Shown in pieces: positions 9,507 to 19,693 of a stretch of 64,000 bases of DNA (the first letter of the stretch is position 1; every line of letters begins with the position of its first letter). The translations under genes were made by a program, and so were the position numbers. The notes beneath the pieces are model-generated. The model had not been told where the DNA came from. It searched no databases and worked only from the letters and a program-made list of their open reading frames with translations. Source of the stretch: Acidobacteriota bacterium (GTDB lineage Bacteria; Acidobacteriota; Blastocatellia; UBA7656); NCBI GenBank assembly GCA_040754075.1, contig JBFMDH010000002.1, positions 326,221 to 390,220 on the forward strand, given 5' to 3'.

Positions 9507-10586
9507 GTGCATTTTGTTAAAGACTCAAACATGAGCGAAACCGATAACTTGCAATCCCTGAGCAACAATCCGCAATCCGCAATCCGCAATCCGCAATTGA
9601 ACGGTTCGCAATCCGCAAGTGAAGCGTCTGCTATTCTCGAAATCAAAAATCTGCGAGTCTACTTTCATACCGAAGATGGAATTTTAAAAGCCGTTGATGG
9701 GGTGAATCTGCAAATGCGCGCAGGTGAAACTTTGGGACTGGTTGGCGAATCGGGTTGCGGCAAATCGGTCACGGCATTTTCGATTCTGCAATTGCTGCCC
9801 GTGCCGCCCGCCAAATACGAAGGCGGCGAGATACGTTTTCAAGGCGAAAATTTACTCGCGAAAAATGAAAAAGAATTGCGACGGGTGCGCGGCAATCTGA
9901 TTTCCATGATTTTTCAAGAGCCGATGTCGTCGCTCAATCCCATCATGTCCATCGGCAAACAAATCACCGAAGCCATCATTGAGCATCAGAAAACGTCGGA
10001 AGCTGAAGCGCGGCGCCTGGCGGTTGAAATGCTCAGGCGCGTCGGCATCCCTTCGCCGGAAACCCGATTTGATGAATACCCGCACCAGATGTCGGGCGGC
10101 ATGAAACAGCGCGCCATGATCGCGATGGCATTGGTTTGTAAACCGCAATTGCTGATTGCCGATGAACCGACCACGGCGCTCGATGTGACGATTCAAGCGC
10201 AAATCCTTGAACTTTTAAGAGAACTGCAAGGCGAATTCAATATGGCGGTTTTGCTCATCACTCATGATTTGGGTGTGGTTGCCGAAACCTGTGATAATGT
10301 CGCGGTGATGTATGCGGGCAAGATTGTCGAATACGCCAGCGTCAATGATTTGTTCGAGCGCCCGAAACATCCGTACACACACGGACTGTTTCGTTCATTA
10401 CCTTCGATAGCAGAAAAGAAAGCGACGCTTGACGTGATACCCGGCGCAGTGCCGAGTCCTTTGGATTTCCCCACCGGTTGTCGATTTCGCAATCGCTGTC
10501 CGCTGGCGCAAGATGAATGCAAAACCGAACCTGCGCTACGCGAACTCGCGCCGCAGCATGTCGTCGCCTGTCATTTCGCCGAATAA
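9507..10586 (+). CDS. oligopeptide/dipeptide-type ABC transporter ATP-binding protein (OppD/DppD-like), orphan
   Basis: Walker [24 protein letters not shown] signature, Walker [13 protein letters not shown], and the C-terminal oligopeptide-ABC extension with its Cys cluster. The annotated N-terminus contains a CAATCCG x4 heptamer array ([10 protein letters not shown]), so the real start may be downstream, near LEIKNLRV. Confidence 0.85.
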   Translation: MHFVKDSNMSETDNLQSLSNNPQSAIRNPQLNGSQSASEASAILEIKNLRVYFHTEDGILKAVDGVNLQMRAGETLGLVGESGCGKSVTAFSILQLLPVPPAKYEGGEIRFQGENLLAKNEKELRRVRGNLISMIFQEPMSSLNPIMSIGKQITEAIIEHQKTSEAEARRLAVEMLRRVGIPSPETRFDEYPHQMSGGMKQRAMIAMALVCKPQLLIADEPTTALDVTIQAQILELLRELQGEFNMAVLLITHDLGVVAETCDNVAVMYAGKIVEYASVNDLFERPKHPYTHGLFRSLPSIAEKKATLDVIPGAVPSPLDFPTGCRFRNRCPLAQDECKTEPALRELAPQHVVACHFAE

Positions 10587-10624
10587 AATCTCATATGCTG
10601 CGACTCGTTAAACAAAAAGGCGGT

Positions 10625-10665
10625 CACTGACCGCCCCTGAATCCTGATTCCTAAATCCTGCTTTC
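10625..10665. terminator. small GC hairpin (ggcggtca c tgaccgcc) plus a single CTGAATCCTGATTCC heptamer arm between convergent oppD-like and guaB genes
   Basis: Palindrome ggcggtcactgaccgcc followed by cctgaatcctgattcctaaatcctg. Confidence 0.4.
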
Positions 10666-12188
10666 TATTCAATCTGATAATTCGGCGCTTCTTTGGTGAT
10701 GATGACATCATGGACGTGGCTTTCGCGAAGCCCGGCGTTGGTGACGCGAATGAATTGGGCGCGCTCTTTGAGTTCTTGAATAGTGCGACAACCGGTATAA
10801 CCCATACCGGATTTTAAACCGCCGACCAGTTGTTGAATCATTGCCGATAGCGGTCCTTTGTAAGGCACACGCCCTTCGATGCCTTCGGGGACGAGCTTGG
10901 ACATTTCGGTATCAGCCTGTCCGTAGCGGTCTTTGCTGCCTTCGCGCATCGCGCCAATCGAACCCATACCGCGATAGGATTTAAATGAACGCCCTTGATA
11001 TAAAATAATTTCGCCGGGACTTTCATCGGTTCCGGCAAACAATGAACCAATCATGACAGTGTCTGCGCCTGCGGCAATCGCTTTGGCAATCTCACCGGAA
11101 TATTTGATGCCGCCATCAGAGATAATCGGAACACCGGTTCCATGCGCGGCTCTCGAACATTCCATTACCGCAGTTACCTGCGGAATACCTGCGCCGCTGA
11201 CGATTCGCGTTGTGCAGATACTACCACTGCCTTGCCCGACTTTAATGGCATCAACGCCTGCGAGAATCAAATCTTTCGTGCCTTCCGCAGTCGATACATT
11301 ACCGGCTACCAAATCAACATCAGGGAATTGTCTTTTGATGGCTTTTACCGCGCTGATAACCCCTTCGGTGTGCCCGTGTGCGGTGTCAATCACCAAGGCG
11401 TCAACGCGGGCGCGAACCAGTTCCTGGGCGCGCTCGACAAAATCGCCGGTCGCGCCGATGGCTGCGGCGACCCGCAAACGTCCGAGATTATCTTTAGCGG
11501 CAAGCGGGTATTTGATAGCTTTTTGAATGTCTTTGACGGTGATTAAACCTTTGAGCTTTTGATTCTCGTCAACCACCAGGAGTTTTTCGACGCGATGTTG
11601 TTGCAGTTTGGCTTTGGCTTCAATCAGCGTGGTGCCAACCGGGACGGTGATGAGCGGCTCTTTGGTCATCACTTCGCTGATGGGTAAATCCGAACGGGTT
11701 TCAAAGCGCAAATCGCGGTTCGTCAGAATGCCTACGAGGTGACCGTTGGCTTCGACAATCGGCACGCCCGAAATGCGATAACGCTGCATCATTTCCATTG
11801 CCTCGGCAATTTTTCTGTCAGGCGTCATGGTTATCGGGTCAACAATCATGCCCGATTCGCTGCGTTTCACTTTATCGACTTCGTCGCGTTGCGCGTCGAT
11901 GGACAGATTTTTGTGAACGACTCCGATGCCGCCTTGTTGAGCAATGGCAATCGCCAGATGCGATTCCGTAACCGTATCCATTGCGGCGGAGGTGATGGGA
12001 ATATTGAGAGGAATATTGCGTGAGAATCGGGTTTCGGTTTCTGCCTGATTGGGAAGCACGCCACTGCGCGCCGGAACCAGGGAAACGTCGTCAAAGGTTA
12101 AAGCTTCAAGAATGTCACCAGCCAGCATCTTTAATTTACCTCGCGAAGCATCAATGGCTTGATGCAGTTTGAATTTGATGCTGGTCAC
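10665..12188 (-). CDS. guaB: IMP dehydrogenase
   Basis: IMPDH TIM-barrel with a CBS pair, catalytic Cys loop GIGPGSICTTR-like ([20 protein letters not shown]) and C-terminal flap. Full-length at 507 aa. The biological start is probably the internal [10 protein letters not shown]. Confidence 0.95.
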   Translation of the reverse strand: MTSIKFKLHQAIDASRGKLKMLAGDILEALTFDDVSLVPARSGVLPNQAETETRFSRNIPLNIPITSAAMDTVTESHLAIAIAQQGGIGVVHKNLSIDAQRDEVDKVKRSESGMIVDPITMTPDRKIAEAMEMMQRYRISGVPIVEANGHLVGILTNRDLRFETRSDLPISEVMTKEPLITVPVGTTLIEAKAKLQQHRVEKLLVVDENQKLKGLITVKDIQKAIKYPLAAKDNLGRLRVAAAIGATGDFVERAQELVRARVDALVIDTAHGHTEGVISAVKAIKRQFPDVDLVAGNVSTAEGTKDLILAGVDAIKVGQGSGSICTTRIVSGAGIPQVTAVMECSRAAHGTGVPIISDGGIKYSGEIAKAIAAGADTVMIGSLFAGTDESPGEIILYQGRSFKSYRGMGSIGAMREGSKDRYGQADTEMSKLVPEGIEGRVPYKGPLSAMIQQLVGGLKSGMGYTGCRTIQELKERAQFIRVTNAGLRESHVHDVIITKEAPNYQIE

Positions 12189-12330
12189 TACCGTGCCAGC
12201 TATGGATGCTAACAGAGTGCTTCGCCGATTAGCAAACGGGATTGATTTGTCATTCGCCGAATTATACGAAAAAGCCTGTAAAATCGGGCTTTTTTTATTA
12301 TCGAGGTGGGGATGAGGAAGTTCGTTTGGC

Positions 12331-12972
12331 TTAATCGCGGTTATGTGGATGGGTAAGCGCCCCGGTGGTCAAGCGACCGACTTTACGCTCCGGCGCTTTC
12401 GACGGGTCTTTGACGGCGCGCGCCGTAAATTTCACTTTGCCGTTTTCGACCACGACAATGAAATCGACGGCTTCGGTTTTCAAGGTCTGTTTAATCTGGT
12501 CTGAGCGCGTGAAGATAAAATTCTGGAAGGTGTCAAATTTCAAACCATTGATGCGCTCACCACATTCGCGTTTAGCCGCCAGCAGATAATCATAAAGTTC
12601 GCTGACTTTTTCAGGTTCGCGTTTCGGGTCGCGACAACGAATCGCGACGTTGATGGATTTGACTGCCGCGACCGCTTCGACAGTTGGCAAAACGCCATTT
12701 TCTTCGCGCTTCTGTTGCTGACGCCGCCACAATTCGCGCATCACATTGTAGCGGGCGACCAGGTTGTTATAACGAAACCGCTGACCGAATGACATGCCCT
12801 TCAAATCGAAGATGCGTTTAATCATGGCTTCGACGCGACCTTTGGTATCCATCGGTGGTTTAGCCGTGCCGCCATTGAAAAAAATATCATACTCAACTTT
12901 CAAACGACGGATTTCAGTTTCCAATCGGTCAAGGTCCTGGTCAATCGGATTGATGGGCTTTTGTGGTTCCAT
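12331..12972 (-). CDS. conserved hypothetical protein (213 aa), N-terminal coiled-coil
   Basis: Long ORF with coding-like composition and no family recognised from sequence alone. Confidence 0.4.
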   Translation of the reverse strand: MEPQKPINPIDQDLDRLETEIRRLKVEYDIFFNGGTAKPPMDTKGRVEAMIKRIFDLKGMSFGQRFRYNNLVARYNVMRELWRRQQQKREENGVLPTVEAVAAVKSINVAIRCRDPKREPEKVSELYDYLLAAKRECGERINGLKFDTFQNFIFTRSDQIKQTLKTEAVDFIVVVENGKVKFTARAVKDPSKAPERKVGRLTTGALTHPHNRD

Positions 12973-13057
12973 TTAATAAAATTTCGTCAGAGGCTTAGAT
13001 AATTTGGGGGTTATGCTAGAATCTAAGATAGCCGCTTGGGCGTGTCAATAATAATCC

Positions 13058-14515
13058 ATGTCGAACGAATTACTGAGAGCGTTGCCATCTATCGAAAAAT
13101 TGCTCGCAAGTTCTGCGGCAGTGAAACTCTCTGCAACCTTGAGCCGCGACCGCGTTCGTGATTTGTTGCGTGAAATCGTCGACGAATTGCGCGAACAACT
13201 GGTTCAGGATTCAGGATTCAGGATTCAGGATTCAGGAAAGGGAAGCCCGGAGTCTGGCGTCGATTTAGAAGCAGAGATTACGCAAAGGCTTGAGAGCAAA
13301 GCGAGGGTTGTGATGCAACCTTCGCTCAGGCGCGTGATAAACGCAACCGGGGTGATTATTCATACCAACTTGGGACGCGCGCCGCTTGCCCGAGAGGCGA
13401 TTGCCGCAATTGCAGACGCCGCTTCGCATTATGCAAATCTCGAATACGATTTGCTTGCGGGCAGACGCGGCAAACGCGAAATGCATTGTCAGCAGTTGCT
13501 GGCGCGACTCGTTGGCAGCGAGGACGCGATTGTCGCCAACAATTGCGCGGCGGCGGTGCTGCTGGTATTAAACACCCTTGCCGAAGGCGGCGAAGTGATT
13601 GTTTCGCGTGGCGAGTTGATTGAAATCGGCGGCAGTTTTCGTATTCCCGAAGTGATGGAAAAAAGCGGCGCAAAACTTCGCGAAGTCGGCACCACCAATC
13701 GCACACGCATCAGCGATTATGCAAGTGCCATTAACGAACATACGCGGTTGATTTTACGTGTGCATCCGTCGAATTATCGCGTTATTGGATTTACTGAACG
13801 CCCGACGCTGGCAGAAATCGCCGAATTATCAGAACGCGCAGGCATCCCGGTATTTGAAGATTTGGGTTCAGGATGTTTGATTGACCTTGCGCCTTACGGC
13901 GTCAAAGATGAGCCGGTGGTGAATGAATCTTTCAAAGCTGGGATTTCGGTTGCGGCATTTAGCGGCGATAAAATGTTAGGCGGGCCGCAAGCCGGTATCA
14001 TTGCCGGAACCCGCGCGATTATTGAACGGGTGAGAAAGAATCCATTAATGCGCGCCTTGCGGGTTGACAAGATGACTTATGCGGCGCTTGAAGCGACTTT
14101 GAGAATTTATGAACGCGGCGCTGCTACTCGCGATGTGCCGGTGATTCGCGCGATGGCAATGAACGAAAATGAAATTGCCGGACGCGCCGAAGCATTTTGT
14201 CAGCGGTTGATTGCCGCAACCGGCAAGCGTTTGCACATCGCGCTCGAACGCGGCGCATCGGTAATTGGTGGCGGTTCGGCTCCCGAAGTGAAATTGTCCA
14301 CGGTGCTGGTGACCATTCAATCAGCAGAATTATCTGCGGCAACCATTGAAACGCAGTTGAGAAATCAACCGATTCCGATTGTTGCACGAACTGAACGTGA
14401 CCGCGTGGTGATTGATTTACGAACCGTCGCGCCAGATGAAGAGGCGATGATTATTGAGTCATTGATGGGGCTCGCGCAACCTACCCAGCCAGGCGCGGCA
14501 TCAGTAGAAACATAG
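13058..14515 (+). CDS. selA: L-seryl-tRNA(Sec) selenium transferase
   Basis: SelA N-terminal LRALPSIEKLL motif, the PLP fold-type I core, and the lysine in FSGDKMLGGPQAG. A 4-unit CAGGATT heptamer array sits in frame at 13203-13232, encoding QDSGFRIQDSG. Confidence 0.88.
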   Translation: MSNELLRALPSIEKLLASSAAVKLSATLSRDRVRDLLREIVDELREQLVQDSGFRIQDSGKGSPESGVDLEAEITQRLESKARVVMQPSLRRVINATGVIIHTNLGRAPLAREAIAAIADAASHYANLEYDLLAGRRGKREMHCQQLLARLVGSEDAIVANNCAAAVLLVLNTLAEGGEVIVSRGELIEIGGSFRIPEVMEKSGAKLREVGTTNRTRISDYASAINEHTRLILRVHPSNYRVIGFTERPTLAEIAELSERAGIPVFEDLGSGCLIDLAPYGVKDEPVVNESFKAGISVAAFSGDKMLGGPQAGIIAGTRAIIERVRKNPLMRALRVDKMTYAALEATLRIYERGAATRDVPVIRAMAMNENEIAGRAEAFCQRLIAATGKRLHIALERGASVIGGGSAPEVKLSTVLVTIQSAELSAATIETQLRNQPIPIVARTERDRVVIDLRTVAPDEEAMIIESLMGLAQPTQPGAASVET

Positions 14516-14578
14516 GACAGAAGTCTTGCTTGAGCAGCAATCAGGCAGACTGTTATTCTCAAAATGGGACGATAAAGC

Positions 14579-16240
14579 ATGCGTTTAACACTTATTTATT
14601 TCTTGCAGGCGCAACCGGCGAAAGTTTCGTGGTTGCTTTGGACGGTTGGCATTTTCTTCTTTCTTGCGGGACTCGCCTTGCTGGTTTATTTGATGATTAA
14701 CCGCAAGCGGGGCGGGGTGGAAGATGAACCGGAGATTAAAAAATTATTGACCGATGAACCGCCAATCGTCACCGAACAGGAAAGCGTTCTGGAATCTGCG
14801 CCTGATGAAATTCTTGAGGCAGAGATTACCGCAAAAAAAAACGCGCTTGATGAGGTTCCGTCACCGCACAAATACTGGAGCGATGAAATTGCCGGTGAAT
14901 CAAGCGTTGATGAATCGCCCGAAGCGGTAGCCGTTGAATCTTCTCCATCATTTGAGGAAGCGCCGTCCGAAGTTGAATCTGCCACGTTGCCTGTTGAACC
15001 GGAAAATGTGAAAGCCGAAGCGTCAACACCCGCGCAAGCAGCCTTGATAGACGAAGCAAATGTTACATTAGCCCATCAAAATGAAACTCAGACTGCGCCC
15101 GATGAAACGCTTATTCTGTCGAGTTCGTCTGCGCCGCCAGCGGTTGATGAAACCGCGATGCTAACGTCTGCGCCCGAACCTGAGATTGCCGCAAATGAAG
15201 AAACCCCCTTTAGTGATGAAGTATGGGAAGAGTTAAAAGCCGAGCCGACTTCAACGCTTACCAGTGAGCGACAAGCGCCGGTGACGACCCAATATGCCGC
15301 ATTTGAGGACAGCGCGACAAAACCATTGGCAAGCGTCATCAGCGAAGCCTCGGCGCGCGTTGAGCCGCCCGCTGCACAGGAAAATTTCACGCCGCCCCGC
15401 CCGCGCCGCGAGCCGTTTGAACCGCCACGCATCGAGCCGCTGATTCCGCAAAGCGAACCCGCGCCCTCACCTGCACAGACGCGAACCATCGCGCCCTTGC
15501 GCACCAAAGAAACGCGAATTGATAGAGAGCCGGTTTTTGAAAACGCGAAACCGCAGCCTGTGCCGGTTTTCAATCCGCAAACCGAAGTGGTGACCGCGCA
15601 CCCCAAGGCGGACTGGCACCCTGCGCCAGCCAATCGCAAAGTTGCAGGAGCCGTTCTGGGGTTGCCGGTCGAAGCCAGCGATGCGCCACTGGTAATTGGC
15701 AAACCCGTCATTGCTGAAGAGGAAATCGGCGTCACCGGATTTACCCATTATGGCGAACCGACGGATACCGGCGACACGAGTCGTGGTGGGTTGATTACCT
15801 TTTTAATTGTTTTGTTAATAATGGGCGGCGGTGTGGCAGCCTATTTCAAAATTCCTTCATTTCATAATCGCGTCGATGCGGTGCTGGCGCGATTGCGCAC
15901 AGGGCAAGCGCCCGCTCCTGCGGTTGAAACCCCGCGAGCGCAAATCATTCCTTCGCGTAACCCGGAAGTGAATAAAAATATCGTCAAAGCCCGAGGCGCG
16001 GTGTTGAATATTTCACAGGAAACGCTCGAAGAGTTATCGGTTGAAATTACTTTTTATCGCGGCGAAAACCCCATTGAAGTTCGTCAGGTCGCCATCACCC
16101 CCGCTACCCTCGAACCCAGCCAGCAGGGAACTTACGAGTTTGAATATGATGGTAGCAAAAGCGGCGGCTTTGCCCGCTACAGCGTCACCAAACTGCTCGG
16201 CAAAAATGGCGAAATCAAATTTACTTCGGCAAAACAATAA
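14579..16240 (+). CDS. membrane-anchored low-complexity (Pro/Glu/Ala-rich) protein with two TM segments and a ~130-aa C-terminal globular domain
   Basis: TM at the N-terminus (WLLWTVGIFFFLAGLALLVYLMI), a second TM near residue 400, and a long acidic proline-rich spacer. No family assigned. Confidence 0.45.
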   Translation: MRLTLIYFLQAQPAKVSWLLWTVGIFFFLAGLALLVYLMINRKRGGVEDEPEIKKLLTDEPPIVTEQESVLESAPDEILEAEITAKKNALDEVPSPHKYWSDEIAGESSVDESPEAVAVESSPSFEEAPSEVESATLPVEPENVKAEASTPAQAALIDEANVTLAHQNETQTAPDETLILSSSSAPPAVDETAMLTSAPEPEIAANEETPFSDEVWEELKAEPTSTLTSERQAPVTTQYAAFEDSATKPLASVISEASARVEPPAAQENFTPPRPRREPFEPPRIEPLIPQSEPAPSPAQTRTIAPLRTKETRIDREPVFENAKPQPVPVFNPQTEVVTAHPKADWHPAPANRKVAGAVLGLPVEASDAPLVIGKPVIAEEEIGVTGFTHYGEPTDTGDTSRGGLITFLIVLLIMGGGVAAYFKIPSFHNRVDAVLARLRTGQAPAPAVETPRAQIIPSRNPEVNKNIVKARGAVLNISQETLEELSVEITFYRGENPIEVRQVAITPATLEPSQQGTYEFEYDGSKSGGFARYSVTKLLGKNGEIKFTSAKQ

Positions 16241-16245
16241 AAAAT

Positions 16246-16376
16246 CGGTAGCTGGTAATCGGTAGCCGGTAATGGGTAGCTGACAGACGATAATTGGTGG
16301 TTTGGGAAACGGCATAACTTTTATCAGAAATTCCTGACTACCGGCTACCGAGTACCGGTTACCGACCACCGACCAC
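16246..16376. repeat. inverted heptamer arrays (CGGTAGC/GGTAATC ... CTACCGR/TACCGAC) downstream of 14579..16240
   Basis: cggtagctggtaatcggtagccggtaatgggtagctgaca, a 45-nt spacer, then cctgactaccggctaccgagtaccggttaccgaccaccgacc. Confidence 0.5.
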
Positions 16377-16560
16377 CCGCTGAAAACTAAACTGTTGAAG
16401 TGCATTTTGGTTGAACCTATAATACCAACGCTGAAACTGTCGCTAGCTTAACCCGTCGTCAATCTCTGAGTTTGAAGAAGGCTGCCCCTTTGCACTGAAC
16501 CTCGTCAACTTTCATTGATGGTATAAACAGTTTACTAACCCAGATTTCAAAGAGGCAAAA

Positions 16561-17769
16561 ATGTCAGCAAGCATTGACCAACTATTAACCCTTGCCTGTA
16601 GCAAGGGGGCATCGGATTTACACATCAAAGCCGGGAGCTTTCCATTTCTACGAATCAACGGTGACCTTCAAGCGATGGTCGAAGCGCAAAGACTTTCAGC
16701 CGAAGATACGCTTAACATGGCTTTTTCAATGATGAATAACCGGCAGAAACAACGCTTCAGTGAAAATTCGGAAATCGACGTGGCTTATGCGGTGCAAGGG
16801 TTAGGGCGTTTCCGCTGCAATATCTTTCAACAACGCGGCACCGTCGGTATGGTGCTGCGCGTCATTCCGACGACCGTTCGTACCATCGAAGAATTACGCC
16901 TGCCGACGGCGATTAATCATTTATCCGATAATTCGCGCGGTCTGGTGCTGGTTACGGGAACCACAGGCTCCGGCAAATCCACCACGCTGGCAGCCATGAT
17001 TGATTACATCAACCGCATGCGCACAGGGCACATTGTCACCATCGAAGACCCGATTGAATTTTTGCATCGCGACAAAAAAGCTTATGTCAATCAACGCGAA
17101 GTCGATGTCGATACCCGCAGTTTTTATGAGGCGTTGCGCGGCGCATTGCGACAAGACCCGGATGTTATTCTGGTCGGTGAAATGCGTGACCACGAAACCA
17201 TTGAAACGGCTTTGATGGCAGCCGAAACCGGACACCTGGTTTTATCAACGCTGCACACCCTGGATGCGACGGAAACCATTCAACGCATCGTTTCGAGTTT
17301 TCCGCCGCATCAGCAGAATTCCATTCGCCTGCAACTGGCGAGCGTCCTGCGTGGGGTGATTTCCATGCGATTGGTGCGCGCCGCTGACCCGACGCTTGGT
17401 CGTGTGCCTGCCGTCGAAGTGATGGTCGTAACCCCTTACATACGCGATTGCGTGGTCTATGCTGAAAAGACCCATTTGATTCGTGACGCGATTGCTCAAG
17501 GAACTTCACAATACGGCATGCAGACTTTTGATCAATCGCTATTTGATTTGTATTCACAAGGGTTGATAACGTATGAAGAGGCGTTGGCAAGTTCGACCAA
17601 TCCCGATGAATTTAAATTGCGGGTTTCCGGGATTCGTTCAGCCGCCGATCAGGCGCGCGACGATATGGAACGTTCGCGTAAACGCACGGCATCACTTGAA
17701 GGCGCAAAACCTGAAACCAAACAGTTCGTCAATTGGCTTTTAGAAGGAAAAGAACAGATTATCCGATAA
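16561..17769 (+). CDS. pilT: type IV pilus retraction ATPase PilT/PilU family (with ~40-aa C-terminal extension)
   Basis: Walker A GTTGSGKST, Asp box, Walker B ILVGEMRD, His box LSTLHT and the AIRNLIRE-like motif (TIQRIVSSF). Confidence 0.85.
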   Translation: MSASIDQLLTLACSKGASDLHIKAGSFPFLRINGDLQAMVEAQRLSAEDTLNMAFSMMNNRQKQRFSENSEIDVAYAVQGLGRFRCNIFQQRGTVGMVLRVIPTTVRTIEELRLPTAINHLSDNSRGLVLVTGTTGSGKSTTLAAMIDYINRMRTGHIVTIEDPIEFLHRDKKAYVNQREVDVDTRSFYEALRGALRQDPDVILVGEMRDHETIETALMAAETGHLVLSTLHTLDATETIQRIVSSFPPHQQNSIRLQLASVLRGVISMRLVRAADPTLGRVPAVEVMVVTPYIRDCVVYAEKTHLIRDAIAQGTSQYGMQTFDQSLFDLYSQGLITYEEALASSTNPDEFKLRVSGIRSAADQARDDMERSRKRTASLEGAKPETKQFVNWLLEGKEQIIR

Positions 17770-18356
17770 ACCGCGCCCGTCGCGGCACAGGCAAGGCTTA
17801 TCCGGGAGCGGAACAAAATTCCGCAGCCGATGAAGATGTTGAAAGCAAACCGCGCGCGCCGTTAAGCGAAGAAAAGGCGCGCCAGAAGGCGATGAATGCG
17901 GCGCTCAAACTGCTTGCCGCCAGAGCGCGAAGCGAACAACAGTTGCGCGAAAAGTTACTTGAAAAAAGCTGGCTTGAGCCGCAAATGATTGAACAGGCGA
18001 TTGCCAGACTGAAAGAGTTGGGCTATATCAATGACCGCAGTTTTGCGCTCAACTACGCTGAGTCGCGCCTCAGTTTGCGCGCCATCGGTAAATCGCGGTT
18101 GCGGCGTGAACTGGTTGAAAAAAAGGTTCCGCGCGCAATTATCGAAGAGACTTTTGAGAAAATTTATGCGGAGAGTACGGAAGAGAATTCTCTGCAACAA
18201 GCAATAGATAAGCACCTGCGCATTCACGGCCTCCCGGATGACCCGAAAAGTAAACGCCGGATTATCGCGCATCTGATCAGGCAGGGTTTTTCATATGATT
18301 TGATTATGAAAAAACTGCGCCTGATTGAAAATGCCACAGACGAAGAATGGACATAA
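17733..18356 (+). CDS. recX: recombination regulator RecX (start probably internal, near 17890)
   Basis: RecX three-helical repeat pattern (ALKLLAARARSEQQLREKLLEK...). The annotated start overlaps pilT by 37 nt. The most likely true start is MNAALKLL. Confidence 0.7.
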   Translation: MAFRRKRTDYPINRARRGTGKAYPGAEQNSAADEDVESKPRAPLSEEKARQKAMNAALKLLAARARSEQQLREKLLEKSWLEPQMIEQAIARLKELGYINDRSFALNYAESRLSLRAIGKSRLRRELVEKKVPRAIIEETFEKIYAESTEENSLQQAIDKHLRIHGLPDDPKSKRRIIAHLIRQGFSYDLIMKKLRLIENATDEEWT

Positions 18357-18452
18357 ATCAGATTGCATCCGTTGATTTTCAGAAATCCACGCTGCCTTGT
18401 GTAGTTGATTATGCTCAAGCGATAAGACCGCGAAAGAAAAAGAGAATACCCA

Positions 18453-19367
18453 ATGGTTTCAAAAGACAATGAACGAAGACGCGCCAAGCGCGTCAGTTAT
18501 ATCTGCGAAATTCAATGCGAAGGCAAAGGCATCGGCAGACTCAACACGCGCATTAACGACATCAGCATAACCGGACTGTTTATTGATTCGCTGGCGCATC
18601 TGGCAATCGGTTCAATTTTGAAAATGCGCTTTGTGGTTTTAGGACTGCCGATGGAAATCGAAGGCGAAGTGCGATATTGCATGCCGCAGGTCGGCATGGG
18701 GATTCAATTTTTGAAATTAAAACCCGAACAGGAATATGCCATTCGCTGTCTCGTTGAAAAAGAACCTTTTGACAAAAATATTTATCTTTCGCTAACTAAA
18801 TCAACAGTGCCTTTGAATTCGGGCGGTCTCACTTTGCCGCAAAACAGTCCGCCGACCGGCAATTTATCGACGGGCAAGTCGCCGCAACCTGCAAACGAGG
18901 CAAACCCGCCGACCGCGCCGCTCAATAAACCTGCGCCGCCGCCTGCCGGTACACGTGTACCGACACAAAATTTGAATCCGCCGCAGGCGGTTCGGCAAAT
19001 GAACAGCGGTTATCTGGCGCAAAGTATGCCGGACGAGCAGACCATCCTGACCGGCAATTTCGCGATTATCAATCTCTTTGATGTCATTCAGATGATTGAA
19101 AACAGCAAAGTGTCGGGTGAGTTGGTCATTCCTTTAAATGACGAACAGGGCATTATCTATTTCAACGAAGGTCGTCTGGTCAATGCGAAATTCGGGCTGC
19201 TGACCGGTTCGCAGGCGCTCAGTATTTTTCTCGATTTACACGAAGGCTCATTCGCCTTCAGAAAAACCGATAAAGCCTACACACAGATTTTTCACACCGG
19301 CAACAACACCGGGCTGTTGCTCGACATTCTCGCAAGCAAAGACGAAGAGAACGCCCACATCAATTAA
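18453..19367 (+). CDS. PilZ domain protein with C-terminal DUF4388-like domain
   Basis: N-terminal RxxxR...DxSxxG PilZ signature (RRRAKRVSY...NDISITGLF), a Pro/Asn-rich linker, and a C-terminal GNFAIINLFDVIQMIENSKVSGELVI...IYFNEGRLVNAKF motif typical of DUF4388. Confidence 0.55.
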   Translation: MVSKDNERRRAKRVSYICEIQCEGKGIGRLNTRINDISITGLFIDSLAHLAIGSILKMRFVVLGLPMEIEGEVRYCMPQVGMGIQFLKLKPEQEYAIRCLVEKEPFDKNIYLSLTKSTVPLNSGGLTLPQNSPPTGNLSTGKSPQPANEANPPTAPLNKPAPPPAGTRVPTQNLNPPQAVRQMNSGYLAQSMPDEQTILTGNFAIINLFDVIQMIENSKVSGELVIPLNDEQGIIYFNEGRLVNAKFGLLTGSQALSIFLDLHEGSFAFRKTDKAYTQIFHTGNNTGLLLDILASKDEENAHIN

Positions 19368-19384
19368 TTGGCAATCACACGCGC

Positions 19385-19447
19385 TGTCGCTTATTTTCCG
19401 TTTCAGTTACTACCTCCGAAGAGCGTGTGCCTTTTTTCAAGAGAGAG
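19385..19447 (+). terminator. candidate intrinsic terminator downstream of the PilZ protein gene
   Basis: Stem cacacgcgct...agcgtgtg followed by ccttttttc. Confidence 0.4.
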
Positions 19448-19630
19448 GGTTCAGCTTTCGGATGCGGCTGTTCGCGAGGATTCGTTGAGCGGATTGAATC
19501 CGTCAAATCCGTTTCATCCGTTCAATCCCAAGATGATTTTTACCACTCATTGCAGACCAATTGAGTGTGCGGAAAGCCGTAAAGCTTATTCATCGCCTTC
19601 CCCTCACTTCAATAACTATCGGGCGCTACT

Positions 19631-19658
19631 GTGACAGTCTGCTTTGGTTTGTTATAAT
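19631..19658 (+). promoter_or_regulatory. candidate sigma-70-type promoter for alaS (gtgaca-16nt-tataat)
   Basis: -35-like GTGACA and a perfect -10 TATAAT with a 16-nt spacer, about 35 nt upstream of the alaS start. Confidence 0.35.
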
Positions 19659-19693
19659 CCGCATTTCAACTTTAAACATAAAAGATAACCGTT

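Noticed and set aside
12121-12190. Apparent 1-2-nt inconsistencies between hand-counted coordinates and the ORF track near line boundaries (guaB start, kbl N-terminus)
   Set aside because: This was attributed to my own counting or line-wrap reading rather than to real frameshifts. The ORF-track frames translate cleanly, so track coordinates were used.
19368-19634. 88-aa ORF between the PilZ protein gene and alaS
   Set aside because: It overlaps a terminator-like hairpin and the alaS promoter region, its composition is atypical, and it has no family signal. It is most likely non-coding.
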